Shown here: piece after piece, positions 25,001 through 36,387 of the stretch | Layout: each line of letters starts with the position of its first letter | Numbering within the stretch: position 1 is the stretch's first letter | Assembly (NCBI GenBank): GCA_963575745.1 | Contig: CAUYUJ010000089.1 | Span: forward strand, 62,001 to 118,426 | DNA: 56,426 nt | DNA from: Prorocentrum cordatum | Taxonomy: Eukaryota | Direction: 5' to 3' | Notes under the pieces: generated by a model | What the model was told of the DNA's origin: nothing | Databases searched by the model: none | What the model saw: only the letters and a program-made list of their open reading frames with translations | Program-made: the position numbers and the translations under genes

Positions 25001-25998
25001 CTTGAAAAGGCAGCACCGCCTAGATACGAATCCACATGCTGTCGAGCCTGATGCTCATCAGCCCAAGTCGAACACTTGTATCCGACCAGAGACGGCCTAG
25101 ACTTCTGACCAGGCTGGGGGTCAGGGCGACGAACAATCACGTTCCCAGGGTCAGTGAAACTCGCCGTGATGATTGCGTGATCGGATAATCTACTGAACTG
25201 CTTCTTCCCACCCCTCTTGAAACACCACTTCACCTCCAGATCCGAGAACTCCCAACGGTGAGGGACCATTAGGTAATCCAGGACCCTCTTCGAAGTCAGA
25301 AACTTGTTCTCCCCCCACGACTCCCAGGTATGCCTCCTAGTACAGAAAGTGTTGGCGGCCTTCAGTCCATGCGATTCCATGAACTCTAACAGCAGCTCCT
25401 TCAGCCTCCTCCTCCGACTCCTCCTTTCAATCTGCTGTGTACCGTCTCCTCCTCTCTCCCACCTTCTGTCCGTACGAGTACCTTCCTTTCCAGTAGCCTC
25501 ATACTCCTCCCCATTATACGTAAATCTGCATCCAGGCGGAATCTCCACGTTTGCATCTAGCAGAACACAAAAGCTGGCCTGAGGAAACTTAGTGCGGAGA
25601 ACATTGCGAGCACGACCGATCTGCTCATATACCTCCGCAGCAATCTCTACACAATCCTCCACATGAGGGTCTGGCAAATACGCTGACACAATAATGAGTG
25701 GTGACTTCTCTGACCCAAAGACACCGATAACGAACCTCGTGAAACAAGTGAAAAACATACGGACGGCAGCCGCCCAAGATCTGTCGAAGATGAGAGCTGC
25801 CTTACTACACGAACTAGTTTTGATGCGCCACCCCAAGCGTTCAAATTCCCCGTGCACTAGGTATTGAGTTTCCTGACATGCAAAGAGCCCACCACATGCC
25901 CTCATATGATGGAGAATCTCAGCACATTTGAAATGAGCCTCCCCTGCTTTGTTCAGGTTCCAGCTCGCCAAGCGTATGCCTCGGACGAGGCGCCGCAA
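22048..25998 (-). CDS. LINE ORF2: APE endonuclease, reverse transcriptase and RNase H-like domain
   Basis: ASWNL, CQET, SAYLP, LDANV, HTW, LDY and SDH; ATGPDGI, YGFQ, ADVLQAFD, FLWADN and VLG; QGDSLLV, HSFREWNQKAD, FDGG and TELSA; no ATG before the first APE motif. Confidence 0.95.
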   Translation of the reverse strand: MRRLVRGIRLASWNLNKAGEAHFKCAEILHHMRACGGLFACQETQYLVHGEFERLGWRIKTSSCSKAALIFDRSWAAAVRMFFTCFTRFVIGVFGSEKSPLIIVSAYLPDPHVEDCVEIAAEVYEQIGRARNVLRTKFPQASFCVLLDANVEIPPGCRFTYNGEEYEATGKEGTRTDRRWERGGDGTQQIERRSRRRRLKELLLEFMESHGLKAANTFCTRRHTWESWGENKFLTSKRVLDYLMVPHRWEFSDLEVKWCFKRGGKKQFSRLSDHAIITASFTDPGNVIVRRPDPQPGQKSRPSLVGYKCSTWADEHQARQHVDSYLGGAAFSRCPSVTCPQGLGSTMLEAYFSPTVDYSTTGARRPREPSRPVQLTRAEEEVKMCPKEEVERLRRLKNEANRLRRGYRRDMIMCRCPPTKRKVRYTIKHLVVDGRETEDREEWKEELDKFVRCKVSSEEIRNSTNSMMEEIRMRAVHEIRSTSVVGISMALLLRARARLKTQRATGPDGIPCEILRSLPWCALRAIQKLFDKIIKLTIPYPQSWREILVSFMPKTPGITKLKDGRLLCMQNAVSRWFSSCVVLLVEGHIERKGVFRHIGLYGFQEHRRTHEITASIKHIGQHAAQWGKGETAHLANADVLQAFDHCTVANVRRGLDHADVPLYLQYALLDPLCECVGTVYYDGIEVVEVRWDKCIRTGGPEGPLAFNLIVAAMWGSTIREWDVLGLGYRIEYVTGSTSCVSIINHFLWADNCYVLARSREELTRMLYGLTTQLHDYDMRWKESSLLYMVFGVEPPRDVEGEILHTSDLVLSVGSEASGVYRFRRTTEMEVLGAYICSELHVNEHHDLDARIDCARRAFWGQATFFRSTAIPLKDKYERYAQRVQSIVLYAAEGCTVDSSSLSALHIFEGKCLSVMSRCIRREGESYQEWNTRGYERARQKIHDAHFVGIVQKFLRVHWMWAIDIQDFAHRLITDRGELEANSMRAWRDSRFSCLAFGRLWDRMRTDSSEALRCWGNWKEASSMKRHRGGQESVGLRPWYYSLESFYGLSWWEFFAGSFEHFMDFAANVCSSTMLKYFQKKCKGLASSGVPVFLNLDEDGGVHIGQDREDTPAYRDRLSKRIALHNMRCTQWDLDTDGIPLDIQGDSLLVINWLCGKWKVLAQVYQKRVDTLINKLDEMQETYLVRPPEAGRDFFSHSFREWNQKADLLTHQARQGHVYADFVYLNDFESQCYIPCLIKAGFDGGVCSRGSACGAWIQIGLRNKYIFSRTVIIFKDVYLAAWCLPPSATVTDTELSAAERICEVLPQVVQTFFDHSQ

Positions 25999-26001
25999 AC
26001 G

Positions 26002-27388
26002 TCACTGCCTACGATTCACTTCCTGAAGTATATCATTCATGGGAACCTTCAGCGCCGGATAAAAAGAAACAATACGAGCCCATGCATCAGCATGAAGAAC
26101 CCAAGCCCCTGTGGTATTCGTATACGTCGCAAAACAGACGGGTCGGAAATTCGGAACAGCTTGAGTCCAAATCTGACTTCTCGGTGGCCCCACCTCCCCA
26201 CGGATCTCGATTTGAACATGAGCCGAGGTCATACTACGCCAAGTCCCACAGAAACGAGCAACCGCTTTCACATGATCACGCTTCCAGGGTGCACACTCCA
26301 CTAACGTACGAATCTTTCTGGGATCGATTGGCGTGTCCATATCATGAGTGAGAACATCGGCATCTGGATACGTATAACCTGGGGGCGGGGCAATGCGATC
26401 GGCGGGTTCCTTACAGACCATATCCATCCATTTCTTTACTCTCCAAAGAGTGTCCCGTGGTGTCCCTTCTTTGAAACCGACCTTCAAACTGCCGTACATA
26501 TATCTTCCTCCGTTTAATCGTTCAGTTTTATCTTTATCGTAAGCATTCCTTTCCTCCCCCTGAAGTGTCCCAAATCATATTTGATATTAACTGTGCCGCA
26601 TCTGCCCAGGGTATCATTTGATTTCCCCGATTTACTTGATTCGACCAATCCGTAACCCACCCTTTCAGCTCTAGATAAGTTGGTGTGAACTGGCTCGATC
26701 GCTCCTGTTGCACGCGAGGGATCGAACCTCCACCACCACCAGAGGACCCACCAGGGCCCACACTAGTCGAAACCGAAGCTGCAGGAGATCCAGCCAAAAT
26801 TTGCTTAACCTGTTTCTCCAAAATATCTGTCCGTGCATCTGATTTGTCCATTCTCTCCGTATGCAACTTGAGTGTGTCATCAACTCTTTTGATGTCCGTC
26901 TTCGTCGATTGAACAACATGGATGAGATCCTCATGGGCATCCTCCGTTTTCCAAACATGCTTCATCATCATCTGTTTGAATGGATCCTTCTCCTTTTCTA
27001 ACATCACTTTCCTCTCCTCCTCAATCTCTGTTCCACGTGCACGTTTGGATCGAGTCTCACCATCCCCAGTCATCGCGGCATCCGCCGCTGCTGCAACATG
27101 AGTCATATCTTCAAGAATATTACCGTTCAATCCGTATTTATCTAACCAGCTCCTATCGTCCTCACGTTGACGTTTGTTTGATGCTGCCTCCAGTGCCTGC
27201 AGATCTTTCTGATCCCACGGCTGGTATTCCTCAAGGTAATCAAAGTTGACTCTCTCGTCCTGGTAGTCTTCTGTGGGTATGTCCAAATTCCTTTGACGCC
27301 GAAACCACTCCTCAGTACTTTCACCCCAATGCTCGAGTCCTATCTCTCTCCTCAATGCCAGCTGAGCCTCAGGACTGTCGTACGACAT
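26002..27388 (-). CDS. LINE ORF1 (coiled-coil region), split by a 1-nt frameshift near 26572
   Basis: Likely ATG at 27388 (MSYDSP). Removing one T in atttggg joins the 348-aa and 165-aa ORFs into ...NMIGTLQGEERNAYDKDKTERLNGGRYMYGSLKV..., which matches copy 1 (FDREAAERE). Confidence 0.75.
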
Positions 27389-27626
27389 GATGTCAACAAC
27401 GATCCACACACAAGTAACTACCACTCGTTCAATAAGAGGTACTGAATGCAGACAGACAATGAACAGCAATGCAGCACACCAGAGAATCTCAATACCACGA
27501 AGAAGAATACAGCGTACAATACAAGAGATGTAGAGTAGGCAGACAAAAACCTCGAGGGAACCCAGGCAAGCCAGGCTCACACCCCGAGGCCAGGGCTCGC
27601 TAGAACGTCTGGAGGTTCCCCAGGCA

Positions 27627-27658
27627 GAGACGTTCTTGAGCCGAGACGTTCTTGAGCC
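27627..27658 (-). other. Spliced-leader relic GGCTCAAG (x2, within a 16-bp duplication) at the 5' end of LINE copy 2
   Basis: Minus strand reads GGCTCAAGaacgtctc GGCTCAAGaacgtctc; the dinoflagellate SL ends ...TTTTGGCTCAAG. Confidence 0.7.
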
Positions 27659-29011
27659 GGGAACCTCGTAGAGCTCCTTGCACGCGTAAGAGCAGACAGC
27701 TTCTCAGATTTCTAGAAAAACACCGAATTCCGATTTTTCGGTATCAACATGATGTCTGTTCCTCCAAATGTTTAGATATCAAAACTCCCCCCAGACGGCT
27801 GAGCTGCTCGAAGAAGGAAGTTTAGATACAAATGCTCGGAGTAAAAATCTGCTTTTCCAAAAAAATAAATTGTCAAATATCTTTCAAACTGGGCGCCGGC
27901 GGTAAACCGTCAACCTCCCTTACCGCCGGGGGACTCGTAGAGCTTCCTAAGCATATATAATGTCGGAAAAAATTGCAGAGAACGAATAATTTTTCAGCCT
28001 AAACGATTTCGGACCTCTCGATGCAACAGTAAACGCCCCTCATGCATCTGGATCGTTGTCTGTGCGCGCGAGCTCCGTAGCTCTCGTACAGCGCGAATTA
28101 CGTACGAAAACCGACAGCACCTCTCAAGATCAGTCGAACAATACAAATAATTTCGCGATTCTAGCTCGAGTATCAGACGAGTTCAGACATCTTAAAGCAA
28201 CAGGCGGACGCCACTGATGTCTGCGAATCGATTCCTGTGATTACCAGCCCTGCAGCTAAAGCCCGAGTTGAGTGCACAAAAACGACAGCACCTCTGCAGA
28301 TGACTCGAACAATACAAATAGCTTCGTGGACCTAGCTCGGGCAGCAGGCCGAGTTAAGAGATCTAAATGCGACAGCTGGACGCGATTGATGTCTTCGAAT
28401 CGATTCCAGTGATTACCAGCACTGCAGCCCCCTTACAGCTCGAGTTAAGTGCAAACGGACAGCGGCTCTCAAGATGACTCGACGAATACGATCCTAGGGT
28501 AGCACGCCGAGTTCCGAGCTCTGGATTCGGCAGGCATACATGTCTGATGTCTCTGAATCGATTTCTGTGAGTACGAGCCCTGTAGCCCCCCTACAGCCCG
28601 CGTTAAGTGCAGAAAACTGTCAGCACTTCTCAAGATGACTCCAACAAGACGAATCGTTTTGTGAACCTAGCTAAGGCAGCAGAGCGATTTCAGACTTCTA
28701 GATGGACAGACGAACGCACCTGATGATTTGCAATCGATTCCTGTGAGAATCAGCTCTATAGCTGACCTACAGCTCGAGTTCAATGAAAAATACCGACAAC
28801 GCGTATCAAGATTTCTCGAAACAGCCGATCCCGCCGCGATGCTTTTTTGCAGAAATATTTACCCGATCGAGCTGAGATCAAGATTTCGAGCAGGAATAGA
28901 TCGAATCTGGTCAGGAAAAATACTAATGCCCAAACGAATTGTTGAATTTTGAGAACAAAATTTTCAACCGACCCAAAGTCAGCAAAGGTCCGTGGAGATT
29001 TGTCTTGCCAA

Positions 29012-29410
29012 CTGGCGCCGGCGGTGAACCGTCAACCTGGTCACCGCCGGGACCCTCGTAGAGCTCCTTCCACGCGTAAGAGTGCTCAGAGCCGAAAGAG
29101 AGAGCTTCTGGAAGCATTTCTCGAAAAAGGGAAAAATTGTTTTTTTTTCGCGTCGACATGAAGATGGTTCCTCCAAGTCTTTTGATAGTAAAACTGTCTT
29201 GGAAGAGCTGAGCTGCTCGCAGGATCTAGTTAAGATGCCAATACTCGGATTTAAAATCTGCTTTCTTAAAATGAATTGTCAAATATCTTTGAAAAAATGC
29301 AAAACCACCCAAAAGTTACCACTTTGTCCTTTCTGGCCGGGTCGACCAACTAGCTCCACCCTGCGCCGGAATTCCTCTAGCTCATCGTTGCCGAAGAGCT
29401 CTACGAGGTA
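29012..29410 (-). mobile_element. Complete short-family (B) element, ~400 bp
   Basis: Both termini present; host split at gccaa|ctagctctcc with no TSD. Confidence 0.85.
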
Positions 29411-30244
29411 CTAGCTCTCCAGCGCGCCGGAATTACTGGGCGCCGGCGGTAAACCGTCAACCTTGGTTACCGCCGGGAGACTCGTAGAGCTTCCTAGCTC
29501 GACTTTAAGTTGAGCTCTGATAGTGAATATTTTTTGACTCATAGTGAATATTTTGTGACCTCTGAATGCGACAGGCGGACGCGTCTGATGTCTGCGAATC
29601 GACTCCTGTCATTACCAGCCCTGCAGCCCTCCTACAGCCCGAGTTAAGTGCAAGAGACCGACAGCACCTCTCAGGATGACTCGAACAGTACAGTAGTTTC
29701 GCAGACCTGATTCGGGCAGCAGACCGAGTTCCGAGCTCTGGATTCGACAGGCGGACGCGCCTGATGTCTTCAAATCGATTCCTGTGACAACAAGCACAAT
29801 AGCACCCCTGAACGCGAGGTAAGTGAAGAAAACCGAGAAGACTTCTCAAGATTACTCGTCCAATACGAATAGTTTCGCGATTCTAGATCGGGCAGCAGAC
29901 CGAGTTCAGAGATCTGGATTCGACACACAAACGCAATTCATGATTCTGAATCGGTTTCTGTAAATATCAGCTCTGTAGCTGTCCTACAGCTCGAGTTAAG
30001 TACAGAAAACCGAGAGTTTCTGTCAAGATGACTCGAATAATACGAATAGGTTTGCGGACCTAGCTCGGCTAACAGACCGAGTTCAGATCTCTGGATTCAA
30101 CAGGCGAACGTGCTGTGCTTACCAGCTCTGTAGCGGTTCTGAAGCTCGAGTTATGTTCAGAAAACCGTCAGCGCTTATCAAGATGACTCGAAACAGCCGA
30201 TCCCGCCACAGTGCTTTTCGATAGTAATATCACGGGAAAAAATA

Positions 30245-31440
30245 CTGGCGCCGGCGGTAAACCGTCAACCTTGGGACTCGTAGAGCTTCCTGACAACATA
30301 TAATGTCGAAAAAATTACACAGAAAGAATAGTTTCTCAGCCAAAGGAATTTCAGACCTCTCGGCAGCCGAACGCCCCCGCTTCTGGATTGTCTTCTGTAC
30401 GAGCTCTCTAGCTCTCCTCCAGCCTGAGTTACGTGCGTAAATCGACACCTCTCAAGATGATTCGAACAATTCGAATAGTTTGGCAAACCTAGCTCTAGTA
30501 TCAGACCGAGTTCAGACCTCTGCATGCGACAGGCGCACGCGTCTGATGTCTCTGGATCGATCCCTGTGATTACCAGCCCTACAGCCCCCCTACAGCCCGA
30601 GTCAAGTGCAGGAAACCGACAGCACCTCTCAGGATTACTCGAACAATACGAATAGTTTGGCGGACCTAGTTCGGGCAGCAGGCAGAGTTCGGAGCTCTCG
30701 ATTGGAAATGCACACGCGCCTGATGTTTCGGAATCGATTCCACTGATTACCAGCCATGCAACCCCCACGACGCCCCAAGTTAAGTGTAGGAGAACGATAG
30801 CACCTCTGAAGATGACTCGAACAATACGAATAGTTTCGCGATTCTAGATCGGGCAGCAGATCGAGTTCAGAGCTCTGGATTCAGACAACAGCCACTGATG
30901 ATTCTGAATCAGATTCTGTGCGCATCAGCTCTGTAGCCGTCCTGTAGCTCGAGTTAAGTACAGAAAACCGAGAGCGTCTGTCAAGATGACTCGAATGATA
31001 CAAATAGGTTTGCGGACCTAGCTCGGCTAGCAGACCGAGTTGAGACCTCTAGGTTGAACAGGCGAACGCGCATGATCATTCTAAATCGATTAGCTGTGCT
31101 AACCAGCTCTGTAGCTGCCCTACATAAAGCTCGAGTTATCTTGAGAAAACGGTCACCGCGTGAAAAGATAACCGAAACGGGCGATCCCGCCGCAGTCCTT
31201 TTTGGTAGTAAAAAGTACCTGCTCGAGCTGAGATCAAGATGACGAGCGGAAATAAGATCGAATATCACGAGAGAAAACGACTAGAGCTCAAACGAATTCT
31301 TGAATTTCAAGGAAAAAATTTTCAACCGACCAAGTCATTAAAATGTCCGTCGCGATTTTTCTTGCCAACTAGCTCTCCAGCGCCCCGGAATTACTCTCAA
31401 GCTTCCAGCAATACCTTGCTAAGGGAAGCTCTACGAGTTA
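30245..31440 (-). mobile_element. Long-family element with both ends (hairpin partly deleted)
   Basis: Ends with GGAAGCTCTACGAGTTA; host split at aaaata|c(t)agagctc. Confidence 0.75.
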
Positions 31441-32298
31441 CAGAGCTCAAACGAATTGTTGAATTTCGAGAACAAAATTTCCAACCGAGCAAAAGTCACC
31501 AAAAGTTCAGTCGAGATTTTTCTTGCCAACTAGCTTTCCAGCGCGCCGGAACTGGGCGCCGGCGGTAAACCGTCAACCTTGGTTACCGCCGGGAGACTCG
31601 TAGAGCTTCGTAGCTTGACTTAAGTTGAGAAAACCGACAGCACCTACCAACATTCCGACTTATAGTGAATATTTTTTGACCTCTGAACGCGACAGGCGGG
31701 CGCGTCTGATGTCTGCGAATCGACTCCTGTCATTACCAGCCCTGCAGCCCTCTACAGCCCGAGTTAAGTGCAGAAAACCGACAGCACCTCTCAGGATGAC
31801 TCGAAGAATACTGTAGTTTCGCAGACCTGATTCGGGCAGCAGACCGAGTTCCGAGCTCTGGATTCGACAGGTGGACGCGCCTGATGTCTTCGAATCGATT
31901 CCTGTGACAACAAGCACTGTAGCCCCCCTCAGCGCGAGTTCAGTGGAGAACACCGAGAGCACTTCTCAAGATGACTCGACCAATACGAATAATTTCGCAA
32001 TTCTAGGTCGGGCAGCAGACCGAGTTCAGAGCTCTGGGTTCGACAGAACAACACAACTGCTGATTCTGAATCGGTTTCTGTAAATATCAGCTCTGCAGCT
32101 GTCCTACAGATCGAGTTAAGTACAGAAAACCGAGAGTTTCTGTCAAGATGACTCCAATAATACGAATAGGTTTGCGGACCTAGCTCGGATAACAGACCGA
32201 GTTCAGACCTCTGGATTGAACAGCCGAACGCGCCTAATCATTCTACATCGATTAGCTGTGCTTACCAGCCCTGTGGCTGTCCTAAAGCTCGAGTTATG

Positions 32299-33520
32299 TA
32301 ACTCGTAGAGCTTCCCTTAGCAAGTTATTGCTGGAAGCTTAAGAGTAGTTCCGGGGCGCTGGAGAGCTAGTTGGTAAGGAAAATCTCGACGGACCTTTTG
32401 CTGACTTTTGGTCGGTTGAAAATTTGGTTCTCGAAATTCAACAATTCGTTTGAGCTCTAGTATTTTTTCCCGTGATATTCGATCTTATTCCCGCTCGCCA
32501 TCTTGATCTCAGCTCGATCGGGTACCTTTTACTGCCAAAAAGCAGGCAGGCGGGATCGGCCGTTTCGAGTCATCTTGTCACGCGGTGTCGGTTTTCTCAA
32601 AATAACTCGAGCTTCAGAACAGCTAAAGAGCTGGTAAGCACAGCTAATCGATTCAGAATGATCAGGCGCTTTCGCCTGTTGAACCCAGAGGTCTGAATTC
32701 GGTCTGCTAGCCGAGCTAGGTGCGCAAACCTATTCGTATTATTCGAGTCATCTTGACAGGCGCTCTCGGTTTTCTGTACTTAACTCGAGCTACAAGACAG
32801 CTGAAGAGCCGATACGTATAGAATCTGATTCAGAATCATCAGTGGCCGTTGTTTGTTGAATGCAGAGCTCTGAACTCGGTCTGTTGCCCGATCTAGAATC
32901 GCGAAACTATTCGTATTGTTCGAGTCGCTTGCGAGATGCTGTCGGTTCTCTGCACTTAACTCGGGCTGTAGGGGGGCTGCATGGCTGGTAATCACTGGAA
33001 TCGATTCGGAGACATCAGGCGCGTTCGTCGGCGGAATCCAGAGCTCCGACCTCGGTCTGTTGCCCGAACTAGGTTCGCGAAACTATTCATATTGTTCGAG
33101 TCATCCTGAGAGATGCTGTCGGTTTCCTGCACTTAACTCGGCTGCAGGGGGGGCTGCAGGGCTGGTAATCACAGGGATCGATTGAGAGACATCATACGCG
33201 TCCGCCTGTCGCATGCAGAGGTCTGAACTCGGTCTGATACTCGAACTAGGTTTGCCAAACTATTCGTATGGTTCGAGTCATCTTGAGAGGTGCTGTCGAT
33301 TTACGCACGTAGCTCCGGCTGTAGGAGAGCTACAGAGCTCGTACAGAAGACAATCTAGAAGCATCGGCGGCGCTCGTCTTTTGCATCCGAGAGGTCTCAA
33401 ATTGCCCGGGCTGAAAAATTATTTGTTCCTGTGTAATTTCTTTCGACATTATATGTTGTCAGGAAGCTCTACGAGTCCCCCGGCGGTAAGAAAGGTTGAC
33501 GGTTCACCGCCGGCGCCCAG
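32299..33520 (+). mobile_element. Complete long-family element in the opposite orientation (1222 bp); defines the element structure
   Basis: Inserted in gagttatg|ttcagaaaacc with no TSD; 5' subTIR ACTCGTAGAGCTTCC (32301-32315) with internal IR GGAAGCT (32333-32339); central ~177-bp repeats; 3' subTIR GGAAGCTCTACGAGT (33462-33476); hairpin 33480-33513; CCAG end. Confidence 0.9.
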
Positions 33521-33780
33521 TTCAGAAAACCGTCAGCGCGTATCAAGATGACTCGAAACGGCCGATCCCGCCACAGGGCTTTCGATAGTAATATTCACCC
33601 GATCGAGCTGAGATCAAGATGACGAGCGGGAATAAGATCGAATATCACGGGAAAAAATACTAGAGCCCAAACGAATGTTCAGATTTCGAGAACAAAATTT
33701 TCAACCGACCAAAAGTCACCAAAAGTTCCGTCGAGATTTTTCTTGTCAACTAGCTCTCCAGCGCGCCGGAATTACTCTTA

Positions 33781-34995
33781 CTGGGCGCCGGCGGTAAACC
33801 GTCAACCTTCCTTACCGCCGGGGGACTCGTAGAGCTTCCTGACAACATAACGTCGAAAGAAATTACACCGAAAAAATAGTTTTCAGCCCAGGCAATTTGA
33901 AACCTGTCGGATGCAACAGCCGAACGCCCCCGATGCTTCTAGATTGTCTTCTGTACGAGCTCTGTAGCTCTCCTACAGCCCGAGCTACGTGCGTAAATCG
34001 ACAGCACCTCTCAAGATGACTCGAACAATACGAATAGTTTGGCAAACCTAGTTCGAGTATCAGACCGAGTTCAGGCCTCTGCATGCGACAGGCGGACGCG
34101 TCCAATGTCTCTGAATCGATCCATGTGATTACCAGCCCTGCAGCCCCCCCTGCAGCCGAGTTAAATGCAGGAAACGGACAGCATCTCTCAGGATGACTCG
34201 AGCAATACGAATAGTTTCGCGCACCTAGTTTGGGCAACAGACCGAGTTCGAAGCTCTGGATTCCGCAGACGAACGCGCCTGATGTCTCTGAATCGATTCC
34301 AGTGATTACCAGCCATGTAGCCCCCCTACAGCCAGAGTTAAGTGCAGAGAACCGACAGCATCTCGCAAGCGACTCGAAGAATACGATAGTTTCGCGATCC
34401 TAGATCGGGCAGCAGACCGAGTTCAGAGCTCTGGATTCCAGAGACAACGGCCACTGATGATTCTGAATCAGATTCTGTACGTATCAGCTCTTTGGCTGTC
34501 CTGTAGCTCGATATAAGTACAGAAAACCGAGAGCGCCTGTCAAGATGACTCGAATAATACGAATAGGTTTGCGCACCTAGCTCGGCTAGCAGACCGAATA
34601 CAGACTTCTGGCTTCAACAGGCGAACGCGCCTGATCATTCTGAATCGATTAGCTGTGCTTACCAGCTCTTCAGCTGTCCTGAAGCTCGAGTTATCTTGAG
34701 AAAACCGACACCGCGTGACAAGATGACTCGAAACGGCCGATCCCGCCATGACGCTTTTCGATAGTAATACCCACCCGATCGAGCTGAGATCAAAAAGGCG
34801 AGCGGGAATAAGATCGAATATCACGGGAAAAGATACTAGAGCTCAAACGAATTGTTGAATTTCGAGAACATAATTTTCAACCGAGCCAAAGTTGTGAAAA
34901 GTTCAGTCGAGATTTTTCGAGCCAACTAGCCTGCCAGCGTTTTCGAATTACTCTTAAGCTTCGCCGCTGCGCTCTCAGGGAAGCTCTACGAGTCA
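33781..34995 (-). mobile_element. Complete long-family (A) element
   Basis: Both termini; host split at ttactctta|agcttccag. Confidence 0.8.
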
Positions 34996-35992
34996 AGCTT
35001 CCAGCAACTAGCATAGGGAAGGCTTCTGGATTGTCTTCTGCACGAGCTCTGTAGCTCTGCTACAGCCTGAGTTACGCGCGCTAATCAACAGCACCTCTGG
35101 AGATAACTCAAACAAAACGAATAGTTTCCTAAACCCAGCTCGAGTATCAGACCGAGTTAAGGCCTCTGAATGCGACAGGCGGACGCGACTGATGTCTCCG
35201 AATCGATTCCTGTGATTACCAGCCCTGCAGCTCCCCTACAGCCCGAGTTAAGTGCAGAAAACCGATAGCATCTTTCAGGATGACTCGAACAATACGAACA
35301 GGTTCGCGGACCGAGTTCAGGCAGCAGGCCGAGTTCCGAGCTCTGGCTTCCACAGGCGGACGCGCCTGATGTCTTCAAATCGATTGCTGTCCCCAGCAGC
35401 ACTGTAGCCCCCTACAGCCCGAGTTAAGTTTAGAAAGCGACAGTACCTCTTCAGATGATTCGAACAATACGAATAGTTTCGCGATTCTAGCTCGGGCAGC
35501 AGGGCGAGTTCAGAGCTCTCGATTCAACAGACGAACGCGCCTGATGATTCCTAATCGATTTCTGTGACTATCAGCTCTGTAGCTGCCCTACAGCTCGAGT
35601 TAAGCACAAAATACCGAGAGCGTCTGTCAAGATGACTCGCATAATACGAATAGGTTGTTGAACCTAGCTCGGCTAGCAGACCGAGTTCAGGCCTCTGGGT
35701 TCAACAGACGAAAGCGTCTGTTCAGAAAACCGACAGCGCGTATCAAGATGACTCGAAACGACCGATCCCGCCTGCCTGCTTTTTGGCAGTAAAAGGTACC
35801 CGATCGAGCTGAGATCAAGATGGCGAGCGGGAATAAGATCGAATATCATGGGAAAAAATACTAGAGCTCTAACGAATTGTTGAATTTTGAGAACAAAATT
35901 TTCAACCGACCAAAAGTCACCAAAAGGTCCGTCGAGATTTTTCTTGCCAACTAGCTCTCCAGCGCCCCGGAATTACTCTTAGCTTCCAGCAA

Positions 35993-36387
35993 CTGGGAAC
36001 CGGCGGTAAACCGTCAACCCGGTTACCGTCGGGACCCTCGTAGAGCTCTGCATAGAATGAGGTCGGTTCCAAGATAACATCAGAAAAAAACTTCTGCATA
36101 CTAGCTTCAAACATATAGACATTTTTTTCGGTCGTAAAGAATGGTGGTCCCCCCTAGTCTTTTTTTTCGAAATAATGCAGCTAGGGCCCTGAGAATTAAA
36201 CCATCGAAAGCGCCATGATTCACTGCATAGAATAAAAATTCAAATTAGCAAATCGAATTTCAGAATTTCGCCATCTTCGAACCGACCCCAGGTCACCACA
36301 TTGTCCGCCCGGGACGGGTTGGCTAACTAGCTGCACCCCGCGCCGGAATTCCTCTAGCTCATCGATGCCGAAGAGCTCTACGAGGTA
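35993..36387 (-). mobile_element. Complete short element of a divergent family (D)
   Basis: Variant hairpin and cctcgtagagctc / gagctctacgagg subTIRs around a different internal sequence. Confidence 0.75.

Larger units (their letters stand above)
21786..27658 (-). mobile_element. Full-length non-LTR retrotransposon copy 2, inserted in the hairpin loop
   Basis: Left junction aacctggtc|tctcttttttttgcg (A tail on the minus strand); right junction cttgagcc|gggaacctcgtagagctc; intact 1316-aa ORF2. Confidence 0.95.

Noticed and set aside
26565..26580. Programmed frameshift within ORF1 of copy 2
   Set aside because: Copy 1 is continuous across the homologous region; a 1-nt insertion or sequencing error is simpler.
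27389..27580. Hydrophobic N-terminal extension of the 348-aa ORF
   Set aside because: It begins at a non-ATG codon in what appears to be the T/G-rich 5' UTR; the ATG at 27388 is the more plausible start.
32299..33520. MITE (cut-and-paste) classification
   Set aside because: The inverted repeats are asymmetric and subterminal, and no target-site duplication is seen at clean junctions.
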